Virus record (IMG/VR): IMGVR_UViG_3300023181_000002
Span: 1-64,000 of that record
Direction: 5' to 3' (one strand)
Source: a virus
DNA: 64,000 nt
The notes under the pieces: model-generated
Databases searched by the model: none
What the model was told of the DNA's origin: nothing
Seen by the model: only the letters and a program-made list of their open reading frames with translations
Program-made: the position numbers and the translations under genes
In this document: in pieces, positions 40,201 through 50,552 of the stretch
Layout: each line of letters starts with the position of its first letter
Numbering within the stretch: position 1 is the stretch's first letter

Positions 40201-42486
40201 TTATTTTTTATAAGAAATATTGTAACTCAAATTGTTTGTGCCAGATGCGGGAGCTACTGCATAGGTTAAAATGAAATTCGTCGCGTCTGCGGTTATTAAG
40301 GGGTTTACATTGGAAGCGACATTATTTGCAATAAGCGAAACTATGACAGGTACGTAAGAAAGTCCATGAGCAATATTAATAGTCGTTGCAGCTCCTGTTC
40401 CAGATGCTGTTTTTACCTGCGTTATAATGGCCGATGGATTGGACACTAAAGGCACTCCGATCCATGTATTTGTACCTATACAAAAATAAATTCCATCTAC
40501 TGTAAATTTTATTTCACCAGTAGTACCCGTATCTGTAGCAGAGCTAGGTGTTACATTTGGCGCGTTTAATCTGTATTGATTCTGATATAAGCGACCAGAT
40601 GAATCTACGTAAATTAAATTTGTATTCCCGGTTGCTTGTATAGCAAATCCGTTGGAAGTTCCCGCTCCAGTACCTTGAATTCTTAATCTAGGGATATCTG
40701 AAAAATAATCCAAGGCAAAACTAGCTGCTGAGTTATTTGCATTTACTACAGTTTTAGTTGAATTATATGGAATAGTTTTTATTTCTTTAGTAGTATTATC
40801 ATAAACAACAAAAGCGTCGGTAGTAGCACCAGCAATTAATGAATTAACTATTAATTTATTAACAGTTAATTTCCCAGAACTATCCACTAAAAGCATATTT
40901 GCATTTGCTACCGTTTGTATAGCAAAACTTGCTGAACTATTTTGAAGTCTAATTCTAGCAATTCCACTAAGCCAATTCATTATAAATGATTCGTTGACAT
41001 TTAATGGGTTTATATTTTCATACAGGTTGCGAACATTGGTAGATGTTAATTCGACTCCAGTAGTTACTTGATTTGTAATTGCTACATTGTAATATATATT
41101 ACTACAAGAATCAAAATACCTATCAGCATATTGAGAAGGAGCTGAAACGCTATAGTTAGAAGCCTGCCCCGTAATAAGTGTATCTTTTGCTCTGTAGGCT
41201 TTAAATCCATAGCTATTGCTCAATGTGAACGCACCACCTGTGATAGTGGTAACACCCGCACGCGAGTTAGCATTATTGCCGTCTGAAAGTACTCCTATAA
41301 GTTCATTTTGTTCTGAATTTGATAAAAAGAAACCATGATAATAATTATCCTGACATTCCACTCCTACAATTATACACCTATTGCTACTTTCTAAGTGAAC
41401 ACCAGAATAATTAACATCAAGCCCTGACTTCCCGTTAGATATTATTTTACCTCCAATTATTCTAGTGTTTGCGCCTCCAAAATTATAAAATCCATCAAAT
41501 CCACAATTGGATATGTCATTATTATAAAAAGCGTTATCAGTAGTAGAGTTGTAAATTCCATACTCATCACAAAATTGAATATAATTATTTCGAACTGTAA
41601 ATATCCAAGCAACAGCTTCTGCTCTTATGCCTGATTTTTTAAAGTCAGTAATAAAAAGATTATCTATAGCAGATGCGGTACTCTTAGCGCCGTCATTATC
41701 TATATCTGCTGCTATAAGGATTGCATTACCTATTGCTCCATTCGACTTATTACCTTCCAGTCGTAAGTTATATAAGCCACCTCTTGCATAGTTATAAAGT
41801 TTAAACAAATCTCCTGTATAGTTAGCTTTTAACCTAAATACAGACTTCTCTTTACTTTCTCCAATCAATGTGATACCTTTTCTTACGGTTATCGTTTCGG
41901 AGATATATGTTCCTATAGGAACTTTTATACTACCTCCAAGTAGGGTGTTGGGATAATATAGCGCTTTTTGAATGCCTATTGTATCATCTTGTGTCCCATC
42001 TCCCACCGTAAACCACTTTAAGTTGGCAGCTTGCTGGTTTGAGGCTACATTTCCCGCTCCAGTAAATAGTAGCTGATTACCCTCGTCTATAGGAGATAAA
42101 ATAGTTAATACAACTGAAGATGATATATTTAAAGTAGACCCAGGAAGCCAATTTAGTTTAATATTGGATGGTATTGATATATTTGATGTGATCGCTAGTG
42201 TCTTGTCAATTAAAATAGTTGCAGGCGAATTTCCAAAATCATTTATCAACTTCTGGAAATTAGCCTGATTAACAGTTGTCAATCTACTTACCGGCCAAGG
42301 TCCTGCGGCATTCCACTTGAAATATTTATTAGGACCCGTTATTGTAACATCTCTATTGTATAAACCCCCACAAAGCGCATCCGTCATAGGAGACCCATCT
42401 CGCCAAGTTGTAACAATGGTAGGTGCTAAATATTCACCGGTAATCGGGTGTAATTTATTAGGAAGTAAATTTGGTACCGTAGCCAT
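40201..42486 (-). CDS. Tailspike/depolymerase (pectate-lyase-like beta helix)
   Basis: WF.VGDGT.DDT.AIQ.A, VP.GTY, parallel beta-helix repeats; P.S.T.TG..GEI......IY.C..TNTW. Confidence 0.85.
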   Translation of the reverse strand: MATVPNLLPNKLHPITGEYLAPTIVTTWRDGSPMTDALCGGLYNRDVTITGPNKYFKWNAAGPWPVSRLTTVNQANFQKLINDFGNSPATILIDKTLAITSNISIPSNIKLNWLPGSTLNISSSVVLTILSPIDEGNQLLFTGAGNVASNQQAANLKWFTVGDGTQDDTIGIQKALYYPNTLLGGSIKVPIGTYISETITVRKGITLIGESKEKSVFRLKANYTGDLFKLYNYARGGLYNLRLEGNKSNGAIGNAILIAADIDNDGAKSTASAIDNLFITDFKKSGIRAEAVAWIFTVRNNYIQFCDEYGIYNSTTDNAFYNNDISNCGFDGFYNFGGANTRIIGGKIISNGKSGLDVNYSGVHLESSNRCIIVGVECQDNYYHGFFLSNSEQNELIGVLSDGNNANSRAGVTTITGGAFTLSNSYGFKAYRAKDTLITGQASNYSVSAPSQYADRYFDSCSNIYYNVAITNQVTTGVELTSTNVRNLYENINPLNVNESFIMNWLSGIARIRLQNSSASFAIQTVANANMLLVDSSGKLTVNKLIVNSLIAGATTDAFVVYDNTTKEIKTIPYNSTKTVVNANNSAASFALDYFSDIPRLRIQGTGAGTSNGFAIQATGNTNLIYVDSSGRLYQNQYRLNAPNVTPSSATDTGTTGEIKFTVDGIYFCIGTNTWIGVPLVSNPSAIITQVKTASGTGAATTINIAHGLSYVPVIVSLIANNVASNVNPLITADATNFILTYAVAPASGTNNLSYNISYKK

Positions 42487-42488
42487 AA

Positions 42489-42710
42489 TTAAAAATCAGC
42501 GTTATTATTGTAAACAGATGCATCTCCTGAAGGTCCTTGCGGTCCAATCAGACTCATTAACCATTCTTCTTCAGTTCCTTGGAAGCCATTATCGACAGCT
42601 ACTTGATAAGCAGATTCCCCATTAAGTTCACCTGACTCTACTTTATTCTCAATAGTACAAACTTTACAGTTCACCTTTCGGAGTCCATCTTCCAAGTCCC
42701 AATTAGCCAT
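42489..42710 (-). CDS. Small collagen-like fibre peptide
   Basis: GESAYQVAV.NGF.GTEEEWL.SL.GPQGP. Confidence 0.7.
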   Translation of the reverse strand: MANWDLEDGLRKVNCKVCTIENKVESGELNGESAYQVAVDNGFQGTEEEWLMSLIGPQGPSGDASVYNNNADF

Positions 42711-42716
42711 AGTTTT

Positions 42717-43367
42717 TTATGATAATAATTTTTCAATTTTCTTATAATAAAATGTTACGTCTCCAAGCCCTATTAACCCACCGTTAATCTTCTTACGAGC
42801 TGCTCCAATATCTTTCCTGTCGGAGGGAACATTTAAAGCGTTTATCTTCCAGAACCATGCTGCTGTTTCAATGCCCACTTCAGGAAGAAGAACTTTTTCC
42901 GGATGCTGTGTAATGTTGTATTTATTATTGGTGTCGTGATCAAACTGAAAATAATTATCATGGAAAGTTAACATCATTGGACCCTTGCCTGAGTACTTCC
43001 ATCCATCACCTGACTCAATATTTCCATTTCCATACCTATTGGCATAAACTGTATTTGATATCAGCTCAGGATTCCTGGCAATATTTTTCGCCAACTCATT
43101 CGGCACTTTAACCTTTGCCTGTGGATTTATAGAAAACCTGTTGGGCCAAGTATCCGCTAACCCCTGTGCACTGTAATTTAAATTCTCCTGAAAGCGTGTG
43201 AACCCTTGACATTCATGCCCAACCTGCGCAAGAAACATCGTAGCGCGTGCATTGGAATTTATATCAGCATACGCAAAAGCATCTTCCCAAAAAGGATCAA
43301 ACTCAGCGATCCTGCTTTTAGGGAATACCTGTTTGGAGACTGATATAAATTTTGCCAGATCAAGCAT
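42717..43367 (-). CDS. Endolysin, glycoside hydrolase family 19
   Basis: FLAQ.GHE..GF....ENLNYS..GL..TWP.RF; YANR.GNG....GDGWKY.G.G...LT...NY; AAWFW; INGG..GL. Confidence 0.92.
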   Translation of the reverse strand: MLDLAKFISVSKQVFPKSRIAEFDPFWEDAFAYADINSNARATMFLAQVGHECQGFTRFQENLNYSAQGLADTWPNRFSINPQAKVKVPNELAKNIARNPELISNTVYANRYGNGNIESGDGWKYSGKGPMMLTFHDNYFQFDHDTNNKYNITQHPEKVLLPEVGIETAAWFWKINALNVPSDRKDIGAARKKINGGLIGLGDVTFYYKKIEKLLS

Positions 43368-43855
43368 TATTTCTTACGTTTTCTAAAGAATACCTTATCA
43401 AAAAATGTACGCTTGGTTTCAGGCACTATAAGACTGTCCAGTGTTTTAGGTTTGATATCCACAGGTAATACAGCATCCTTTTTACGGGGTGCCACTACAA
43501 AGGTCATCGGTATCTTCTGAGTCTTGTAAACGGCCACTTTTAAAGTTTGATCCGCAAGTCTTTTAACAGCGATATGTTTATCCTTATTAATCAAAAGATC
43601 CTGCGTAAGCTGCTTGCTTTCTTCGGTTATCGCTTCGGTTTCTGCAACGATAACCTTTGTCTTCTCAGTCTCACTACGAAGGCTATCTTGTGCACGCACA
43701 AGTCTCATGCTGTCTACATTAGCAATCACTTTCGCCTTGCTAAGCTCAGCCGCTTTGGGAGCTTGCTGCGAAAAGCTATTCTGACTTTTGTCGTTGAATG
43801 CGACAAGTAGAACTGCTGACGATAAAAGTATGATTACATGTTTCATTTTGGTCAT
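43367..43855 (-). CDS. Membrane/secreted lysis-cassette protein (spanin-like)
   Basis: N-terminal hydrophobic segment plus coiled coil, adjacent to endolysin. Confidence 0.45.
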   Translation of the reverse strand: MTKMKHVIILLSSAVLLVAFNDKSQNSFSQQAPKAAELSKAKVIANVDSMRLVRAQDSLRSETEKTKVIVAETEAITEESKQLTQDLLINKDKHIAVKRLADQTLKVAVYKTQKIPMTFVVAPRKKDAVLPVDIKPKTLDSLIVPETKRTFFDKVFFRKRKK

Positions 43856-43859
43856 TATT

Positions 43860-44261
43860 TCAATCGGTTATAACCGTTTTGATCTGCTGTATGGTATTCT
43901 TCGTACTTTCAGTTGTCTGACGGTTTTGCAAATTAATCTGCTGTTGCCTTGCATTTTCTTCGCGTTGCTTATCATTAATCTCAACTTGTTTTTGATTTAA
44001 CGCTTTCTGTTCTTCGTAGAGTTTTTGCACCATGTCATATTTCTCACGGCCACAGTTTACTTCAGCATATCTAAGTTTAACCTCTAAAGAATCAAGCTTG
44101 TCATCTTTCTTCTCAAGTTTGGCTTCGTATTCTGTTCGCACTTTATTTGTTTCAATATACTGATAGGGAACTAAACCTGATAATGTAATAATTATACCAA
44201 AGCATCCCATCACTAATCTCCTGGTATCATCAGGAAGTCCGTTCCACCAATTAAGGTCCAT
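43860..44261 (-). CDS. Holin-like single-TM coiled-coil protein
   Basis: TM LVMGCFGIIITLSGLV followed by coiled coil; lysis context. Confidence 0.45.
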   Translation of the reverse strand: MDLNWWNGLPDDTRRLVMGCFGIIITLSGLVPYQYIETNKVRTEYEAKLEKKDDKLDSLEVKLRYAEVNCGREKYDMVQKLYEEQKALNQKQVEINDKQREENARQQQINLQNRQTTESTKNTIQQIKTVITD

Positions 44262-44285
44262 GTCTTCATGTTAACGTTGCGTGAG

Positions 44286-44633
44286 TTATTTCTTTATTAG
44301 GAGTGCGAGCGTTGCCGTGAGTATTATTCCTGCGGTGGTTCCGGTTAAAAAATATACTACTTTATTGCCTTCTTTTTTATCGTGTACAATCTTATCAACA
44401 TAAACAACTTTTGGGGCCTTTTCTATCCCTGAATTGACCGTATTTTGTATACCTTTTAACGCGTACGTTCGGAAGAAAAAATTATATTGAGCTTCAGAAA
44501 TAGAAACCCCTGTCTCGAAAGGGAAAGGTTGCCCTAAGGTTTGATAAATAATCTCCTTTTTAACGCCAGTACTATCCTGAGAGAATACCCATAAAGGGGT
44601 CAATATAAAAATCAATGTCAGTATAGCTCTCAT
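44286..44633 (-). CDS. Signal-peptide plus C-terminal TM protein (spanin-like)
   Basis: MRAILTLIF...VFS-Q; C-terminal TM ending KK. Confidence 0.45.
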   Translation of the reverse strand: MRAILTLIFILTPLWVFSQDSTGVKKEIIYQTLGQPFPFETGVSISEAQYNFFFRTYALKGIQNTVNSGIEKAPKVVYVDKIVHDKKEGNKVVYFLTGTTAGIILTATLALLIKK

Positions 44634-44980
44634 TTCTTTGGTGGTTTCAAGGTGTTTATATCAGGGAATTCTTCTAACAAGTTTGGGTTATTCTTTTTGT
44701 CATACGCTTTAAAAGCTTTCAATTGAACAGAGGCGTCTCTCAACTTCGATAGGTAAAAAGCCGTGTCAGAACGTAATTGATAAACATCTCTTCCCCTTGC
44801 CGTAGTATCCTTTTGGAATTCTGTAATCTGAATCTCCAAAAAAGTTATCTGCTTCTTCTTATTCTGGTAAGAGACGATAAACCCGATCAATATCCCACCT
44901 AAAACAATAGCAATAATCAAGCCGGGATTCTTTTTGATAAATCCCCATATTTTCGATAATATTAAAATGAATGCTGTCAT
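44630..44980 (-). CDS. Inner-membrane spanin-like protein
   Basis: N-terminal TM followed by periplasmic coiled coil. Confidence 0.45.
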   Translation of the reverse strand: MTAFILILSKIWGFIKKNPGLIIAIVLGGILIGFIVSYQNKKKQITFLEIQITEFQKDTTARGRDVYQLRSDTAFYLSKLRDASVQLKAFKAYDKKNNPNLLEEFPDINTLKPPKK

Positions 44981-47016
44981 AATGCAGTTATGATTACGTC
45001 ATCAATATATAATGTCCCAACACCCCAGCCATACATATCTATATACAGGCAAATATGAGTATCTGCCGATGTTGTCTTCTGGCTGATATAGATAACCTCT
45101 CCCTTTTGCCACTGTGTAGTAGGTGTAAATGGAGCACTGTAGTCTACACCTCCATTAGAAATAAGAAATAAATTATCCCCTTTGGTTATAATCTTTCCCG
45201 ATTGCAATCCCCCCAGGAACATACCGGAACTGCTGCCTAATTGTTTATATGCGAAAGAAACTTTATACAAAGTGTCCGGTTTGCACTTAACACCGATATC
45301 CACACGGGCAGCGCTATTTAAAACACCCGTCTTTGCTATTTTTAACGACCTCAACCCTCCGGTATAAGAAGTCTCAAGTGTATCACTAAGCGTTAAATTA
45401 CCTCCGTTAAACCTGAATATAGGTGGATAGGAGACATCACGTGCGATATAAACATCATCCACAGTAAGGTCTTCATTCTCAAAAGAGCCATTAGATAATA
45501 AATTATTGAATCGGTTTGTAATAGGAGGCATATTCGTCTGCCAGTAAGACTGCATACGCGTAGTCTCAAACCTTGAAGCATTTGCATTACAGCCACCACA
45601 AAGCTCTCCTGAAGAAGTTAATAGATTATTAATAAAACAATTGTCCATTCTTATAGACCTTGTCTGTTCCGTACTGGGTTCTATGTAGAAATAGTAGTCC
45701 GGCTTAACAGTCACATCAGTGCATACAAGATTACAGTCGTTAAAATTAAGAACAGTCTGTCCATCTGTAATATCAAAAGCTCTTCCTGTATAATTTCTTC
45801 CTTCGATATGACACTTATCGAAATAGCATATCCCCGCAGAGGCAGTCACATTCTTGAGATTGTAATCTATAGAGCATCCAAAGAATCTGATATTGGCATC
45901 CTGCTGAATATCCAAAAAAAGATCAGAGTTGAAAAAAGCACAGTTTACAAAGCGGTGGTTCTCTCCGGAGTCCTCCGCACCTTCAGGGAGTGATAAATCT
46001 ATACCACACTCATATACATTCACATTATACCAACTTGTAATATAAGTTCTGTTATTTAAAGCAATGCCTACTCCGAAGTGATGAATAGAAATATCAGAGA
46101 AAGAGGCGTTCGCTAAGGCAAAAGCGGCAGCAGAATCACAGTTGATACCTGTCACACTACTCGATTTCCCTTGCCCTATCAACTCAAATCCTTCAAATTT
46201 AACTCTTGACTGCGGATAAGAAGGTTGCAATACACCCGAAATAGTGATAGCAGAACCTGAGCTTAAACTGGTAAAATCCAAAGTAGACCCTGCCCCTTTT
46301 ATAGAGTAATTGCCGTATTTTAAATTCAAACCTGTATTGATCTTGTAAGAATTCCCGCCAAGATGAACCTGCATTCTATTTGGCTCTGCATTCAGATAGA
46401 TAATCATTTTGGACCACGCAGTATAATCATTTGTAACACCATCTGCTTTAGCGCCAAACTCTTCTGGAGTTACAATATTATTTTTCCATACACGTTTTCC
46501 GAAGTTCCCGTCCTGAAATTTGAAGAATATGATATTGTCAACATCGCTATTAACAATAGGCGACCCGTTTAATTTTGTTGTAGTAATATTCGCTGTAATC
46601 TCGCTGCCAGTAAACTGAGAAATTAACCCATAATAAGTAGTGCCGCTTTTTCTGTAGTTTGAAATAACAAGCTGGGATTCACTGACAGGCTTAAAATAGG
46701 GAGCTTCGCCAAATCCCTTACGAATATATCTTTTATTATTTTTAACAAGTACATTAATGCCATCATCAGCAGAAGTGGTGTCATCGGGATCGTAAACAAA
46801 TAACCCCTGAAGCCCTTCGTCTGTTACGATAAAGGAATCCTTTACAAAAGTGTCCGCATCACGAAACTCCTGTACTGTAAGCTGCCCGTAAACAGGAGCC
46901 GTATAACCGGCTATTAAAGCCTTAAGATCATTATACAGGCAGTATAACTTATTAACTAAGCTCCAGATGGTTCCCAAAGGCGGGGTGCTGTTTTGATTTC
47001 TCGACCAAGTGCTCAT
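44977..47016 (-). CDS. Second tailspike/depolymerase with C-terminal CBM-like domain
   Basis: TPEEFGAKADGVTND..A, beta helix; NLLSNGSFE...Y.VSF..K...W...E....LYIDDV. Confidence 0.85.
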   Translation of the reverse strand: MSTWSRNQNSTPPLGTIWSLVNKLYCLYNDLKALIAGYTAPVYGQLTVQEFRDADTFVKDSFIVTDEGLQGLFVYDPDDTTSADDGINVLVKNNKRYIRKGFGEAPYFKPVSESQLVISNYRKSGTTYYGLISQFTGSEITANITTTKLNGSPIVNSDVDNIIFFKFQDGNFGKRVWKNNIVTPEEFGAKADGVTNDYTAWSKMIIYLNAEPNRMQVHLGGNSYKINTGLNLKYGNYSIKGAGSTLDFTSLSSGSAITISGVLQPSYPQSRVKFEGFELIGQGKSSSVTGINCDSAAAFALANASFSDISIHHFGVGIALNNRTYITSWYNVNVYECGIDLSLPEGAEDSGENHRFVNCAFFNSDLFLDIQQDANIRFFGCSIDYNLKNVTASAGICYFDKCHIEGRNYTGRAFDITDGQTVLNFNDCNLVCTDVTVKPDYYFYIEPSTEQTRSIRMDNCFINNLLTSSGELCGGCNANASRFETTRMQSYWQTNMPPITNRFNNLLSNGSFENEDLTVDDVYIARDVSYPPIFRFNGGNLTLSDTLETSYTGGLRSLKIAKTGVLNSAARVDIGVKCKPDTLYKVSFAYKQLGSSSGMFLGGLQSGKIITKGDNLFLISNGGVDYSAPFTPTTQWQKGEVIYISQKTTSADTHICLYIDMYGWGVGTLYIDDVIITAL

Positions 47017-47041
47017 TTACATTCTTTTTAAAAGTTTTTTA

Positions 47042-48664
47042 TTAGCTTGGGGTACAATATTGGGTCATTTCACACAGGTTCGTACAAGGATTATAAGTGT
47101 ACCCATCAGGACATCCATACCCGTATTGAACGCCATTTTGCAATCCTCCTATATCAAACTTGCCGTTTATCTTACTCACTGAAGAAAAGATAATATTCAA
47201 ATCTCCTACCGTAGAAGCGGCTGCAATGGCTACCGCTGTATTGTCGTATATCTCACAACCAAACCCTGCTGCATATTCTGTATTGATTGCCTGCATTGCA
47301 ATAAGCATGTTGGCTTTTTTAGCAACAACCGGTATAATTTTCCATGTCCTGAAATGCGTATCACTGCCAAGCTTCTCAAAAATAATCTCCCCGTCAACGA
47401 TCAACCTGAAAGCGTTATCCGCTTCAAGACCTACATAATACTGTTTTCCCGGCGTTAATCCCGTTAAACATTTGGAAAACCCGATCCACATATTCAGTGG
47501 TTTGTAATTGACAGGAAATCCTGTGTCTGTCTGATCCGTCCACACCGCACACCTGTTCATAGGTCCATTTGTCGCTGTAGTAGCTTTCCATACCGGCACC
47601 GCGGATAATGTGGTGAATGTTGTCAGATCGCTATTATAAAGCTGCGATCCATCAATAGCGTAATATTTGTTAGGTTTCGCCACAACAAGATACCCTGAAG
47701 GGACGGCTGTTGAAGCAGTGGTTGTCGTTTTATAATAATCCCCATCAAGATTCATTGTCCATGTTCCATCAGGAGGACATGTAACAGGGGTTGTACAAAC
47801 GGCTGTCTTGTCGCGGCCATTGTAGTCCGTATAAAGAAGACAGGCGCCGCTCATGCCATTGTAAACCCTGATCGTATAATACTGCTCTACGCCGGGAGTT
47901 CCTGGCGTAATGCTTATAATTGTATCACCTGAACTATTTACAGTACCATCGCTGGTTGTACAATCGCCTCCACAGGAAAAAACCGGTTGATAGCATATCC
48001 TGTAATGAGTGGCATTCGTCACGCCAAACAATCTTACCGTTGCAGGGTTAATTGTAGACCCTGTACAGGTAGAAGGTGACACATCCAGATTAAAAGTAGG
48101 CCATGCGCAGCTTAATGCAATATCATCGAAAGAGGTGCAATTATCAGCGCCTTGAAGCGATATTCTATAAGTGCCATCTAAACGGTGCAAAGATCCCGCA
48201 GGCGCATCGAACGTGAATAGATTACCACTACGCTCATTAAAAAGATTGCCGGTTAATCCCGGTATAGATATACTAATATTGCTTGCCGGCTCATTAAGTC
48301 CCGTAATATTGGTGCCTAATACGCCGTTGCACTGAATAAAAGTAGCATCTACAACCAGTGTACAAGCCGGTGAATTATTAAGGTCAAAATTCGCCACACC
48401 AAAACAGCAATCGGAATTAGTATTCGCGAATAATTTAAGCGTAATACCTGGTATACTGTAAGTAGCATCTGTAATAGGTACATTCACAACAAAATTTGTC
48501 GTTGTTGTTGTTACAGTAGCTACATAAGGGTTGGGCAGATTTGGATTGCTGATTGCAACACCAGAGCTGTTGAAAAAACGCGCAACCAAATGATACGTGT
48601 TCGTGCTAACCGCAGTAAGCCGGGTTAGAGAGTCAATCGTAATATTGATGCGTAGATTATTCAA
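47042..48664 (-). CDS. Cys-rich virion fibre/receptor-binding protein
   Basis: N-domain shared with 50549..51307; repeat shared with 51783..53843; ADN.F.L.VDG (PA14-like); CPDGYTY. Confidence 0.6.
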   Translation of the reverse strand: MNNLRINITIDSLTRLTAVSTNTYHLVARFFNSSGVAISNPNLPNPYVATVTTTTTNFVVNVPITDATYSIPGITLKLFANTNSDCCFGVANFDLNNSPACTLVVDATFIQCNGVLGTNITGLNEPASNISISIPGLTGNLFNERSGNLFTFDAPAGSLHRLDGTYRISLQGADNCTSFDDIALSCAWPTFNLDVSPSTCTGSTINPATVRLFGVTNATHYRICYQPVFSCGGDCTTSDGTVNSSGDTIISITPGTPGVEQYYTIRVYNGMSGACLLYTDYNGRDKTAVCTTPVTCPPDGTWTMNLDGDYYKTTTTASTAVPSGYLVVAKPNKYYAIDGSQLYNSDLTTFTTLSAVPVWKATTATNGPMNRCAVWTDQTDTGFPVNYKPLNMWIGFSKCLTGLTPGKQYYVGLEADNAFRLIVDGEIIFEKLGSDTHFRTWKIIPVVAKKANMLIAMQAINTEYAAGFGCEIYDNTAVAIAAASTVGDLNIIFSSVSKINGKFDIGGLQNGVQYGYGCPDGYTYNPCTNLCEMTQYCTPS

Positions 48665-48667
48665 AAG

Positions 48668-49003
48668 TTATTCAGTGATATTTTTAACAAAAATTGTCTG
48701 CACTTTTAATCCAAACTTTTCGCTGTTGGGATCAGAATCTACATCAATGTCTACACGAACAATCTCTTTCTCTCCATACCATCCTCTCCATCCGGTATTA
48801 GAGCCATCTTCTGATTCGATCCAAGTACCCGCGCGAAATTTGGACACCGAATGATTTTTAAAGTCACTCATAGTGATCCTGTCACCTTCCTTGAAAAGAT
48901 TACCATCTTTCGAAGATATCTCATTCAAGCGTAAATAAGGACCTTCCCACTGCTTTTCAACAGGGACTATATAAGTTCTTTCCGGATAATTTATCTCTGC
49001 CAT
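48668..49003 (-). CDS. Hypothetical late protein (start 49003, MAEINYPE)
   Basis: ATG at 49003 preceded by GAACCAC; avoids overlap with upstream gene. Confidence 0.6.
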   Translation of the reverse strand: MAEINYPERTYIVPVEKQWEGPYLRLNEISSKDGNLFKEGDRITMSDFKNHSVSKFRAGTWIESEDGSNTGWRGWYGEKEIVRVDIDVDSDPNSEKFGLKVQTIFVKNITE

Positions 49004-49013
49004 AATGTGGTTC

Positions 49014-50552
49014 CTAGAACGTGAAAATATGCATACTGCTGCCTGTAGTGGTAAATGTGTAAGGGCCGCCATATTCATTGATTGTCCAAACCGTATTATT
49101 TGTTGGAGCACAGTCGAAATCCTGCAAGAAGACAACTCTTTTAGAAGTATCCGCTTGACCACGCCCTGCAAAACATATCGTATTAATGCCGTTGAAGAAT
49201 TTCTTCACAACATTGTTTTGTCCGATGTTAGCCTTACCATATCTACTTACCTGATTACCTAAAGTACCCGTTACGGGGGCATTACCATTATAATATCCTG
49301 TTTTAGATACGCCGTTACGGATAAAGGAGTAATTAGGATAGATCAAGTCGCCATCGCAATACTGCCAGATTTGACTGTAGATATAATGAGCAGCGTAACC
49401 CGCGTTCTCTCTTGGTGCTGCTGGTAAAGCGAATTGCGGTTGACCGGAACTACAAGTACGTGGATGCTGAGACCCATCCGATGGATTCCAGTCTACTTCA
49501 GAGCCTCCAGCAGGTTTCCATCTCACTGTACTGTCAGGAGGTGTAAATCCATAGGGCAAGCCAAAGCAATTAGGGTCTAGCCCGTAATCTCCTCTTGTAT
49601 TCCACACCACCTCGCCATCGGCAATTAAAAGAGACAATGTTGCTTGGGTAAAGAATAAGTCGAAAGAAGATTCACAGAATCCTCTTCTGATAATCTCTCC
49701 GTCAGGACTTTGCAATGGAAGTGCCCCGAAGTTATTGATCGCTTCAATCTTTGAATTAACCCCTTCAAGCTGTCCCCATGCGAATGTTATCACACGGCGG
49801 TCGCTTCTGGCAATGTATTGTCTTTCGAGGTTGAATATCTGATTAAATATACCTTCAGCGTTCGCCTGTGCAGCAACACCATCCTGATAACCCGTGCACA
49901 TGCGGTGACGGTAGTCAAACCCGTTGAAGCGGTAATAGTACCCCTGCTCGTTTGCAGTAAAACCATTGCCCGAATTTGGCTCATGATAAATTATTTTCTG
50001 CGCTTCAGTAGCCGAACTCATGGCAAGCTCCGACATCGTCTGCCCGATACCCATATTAGAGTCCGTTCCCCAGCCGTAGTTATTCATGAAATAATCTCCA
50101 TGAATATGCGTGTTATCTATCGTGCCTCCCTGATTATCTCTGTAATACTCAAACATTTTACGGAAAGCCGCTTCTACAACTTCTCCGAAGCCGGTAGCGC
50201 ATTGGCAGTCTTCCTGAAACTGTGCAAAGATGATGGTGTCTTTATCGTTTTGACCGTAGACGCTTGACGCGACTGTATTAGGGTCTGTTGACTTACTTTC
50301 GTTACGGCCCAGTATCCATTTCTTCTTATTACGCGCAAGCACATTCGGATCGCCAGACACTTGTAGTCCACTCACCAAACCCGTATCATCAGGTGTCGCC
50401 CCTACAATCCTGTCAAAAGATACTGTAGAAGTTGTCTGCGTAACCATGTATGGCTTGTTACTCTTTACGGGCACACCAAACCCTGGCAGTTGATATTCAG
50501 GATACCATACAACCGAATGTATATTAGCAGGTGCTTTAATTTCTGTTATCAT
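49014..50552 (-). CDS. Putative virion protein
   Basis: 512 aa, coupled in late operon, aromatic/Gly-rich. Confidence 0.55.
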   Translation of the reverse strand: MITEIKAPANIHSVVWYPEYQLPGFGVPVKSNKPYMVTQTTSTVSFDRIVGATPDDTGLVSGLQVSGDPNVLARNKKKWILGRNESKSTDPNTVASSVYGQNDKDTIIFAQFQEDCQCATGFGEVVEAAFRKMFEYYRDNQGGTIDNTHIHGDYFMNNYGWGTDSNMGIGQTMSELAMSSATEAQKIIYHEPNSGNGFTANEQGYYYRFNGFDYRHRMCTGYQDGVAAQANAEGIFNQIFNLERQYIARSDRRVITFAWGQLEGVNSKIEAINNFGALPLQSPDGEIIRRGFCESSFDLFFTQATLSLLIADGEVVWNTRGDYGLDPNCFGLPYGFTPPDSTVRWKPAGGSEVDWNPSDGSQHPRTCSSGQPQFALPAAPRENAGYAAHYIYSQIWQYCDGDLIYPNYSFIRNGVSKTGYYNGNAPVTGTLGNQVSRYGKANIGQNNVVKKFFNGINTICFAGRGQADTSKRVVFLQDFDCAPTNNTVWTINEYGGPYTFTTTGSSMHIFTF

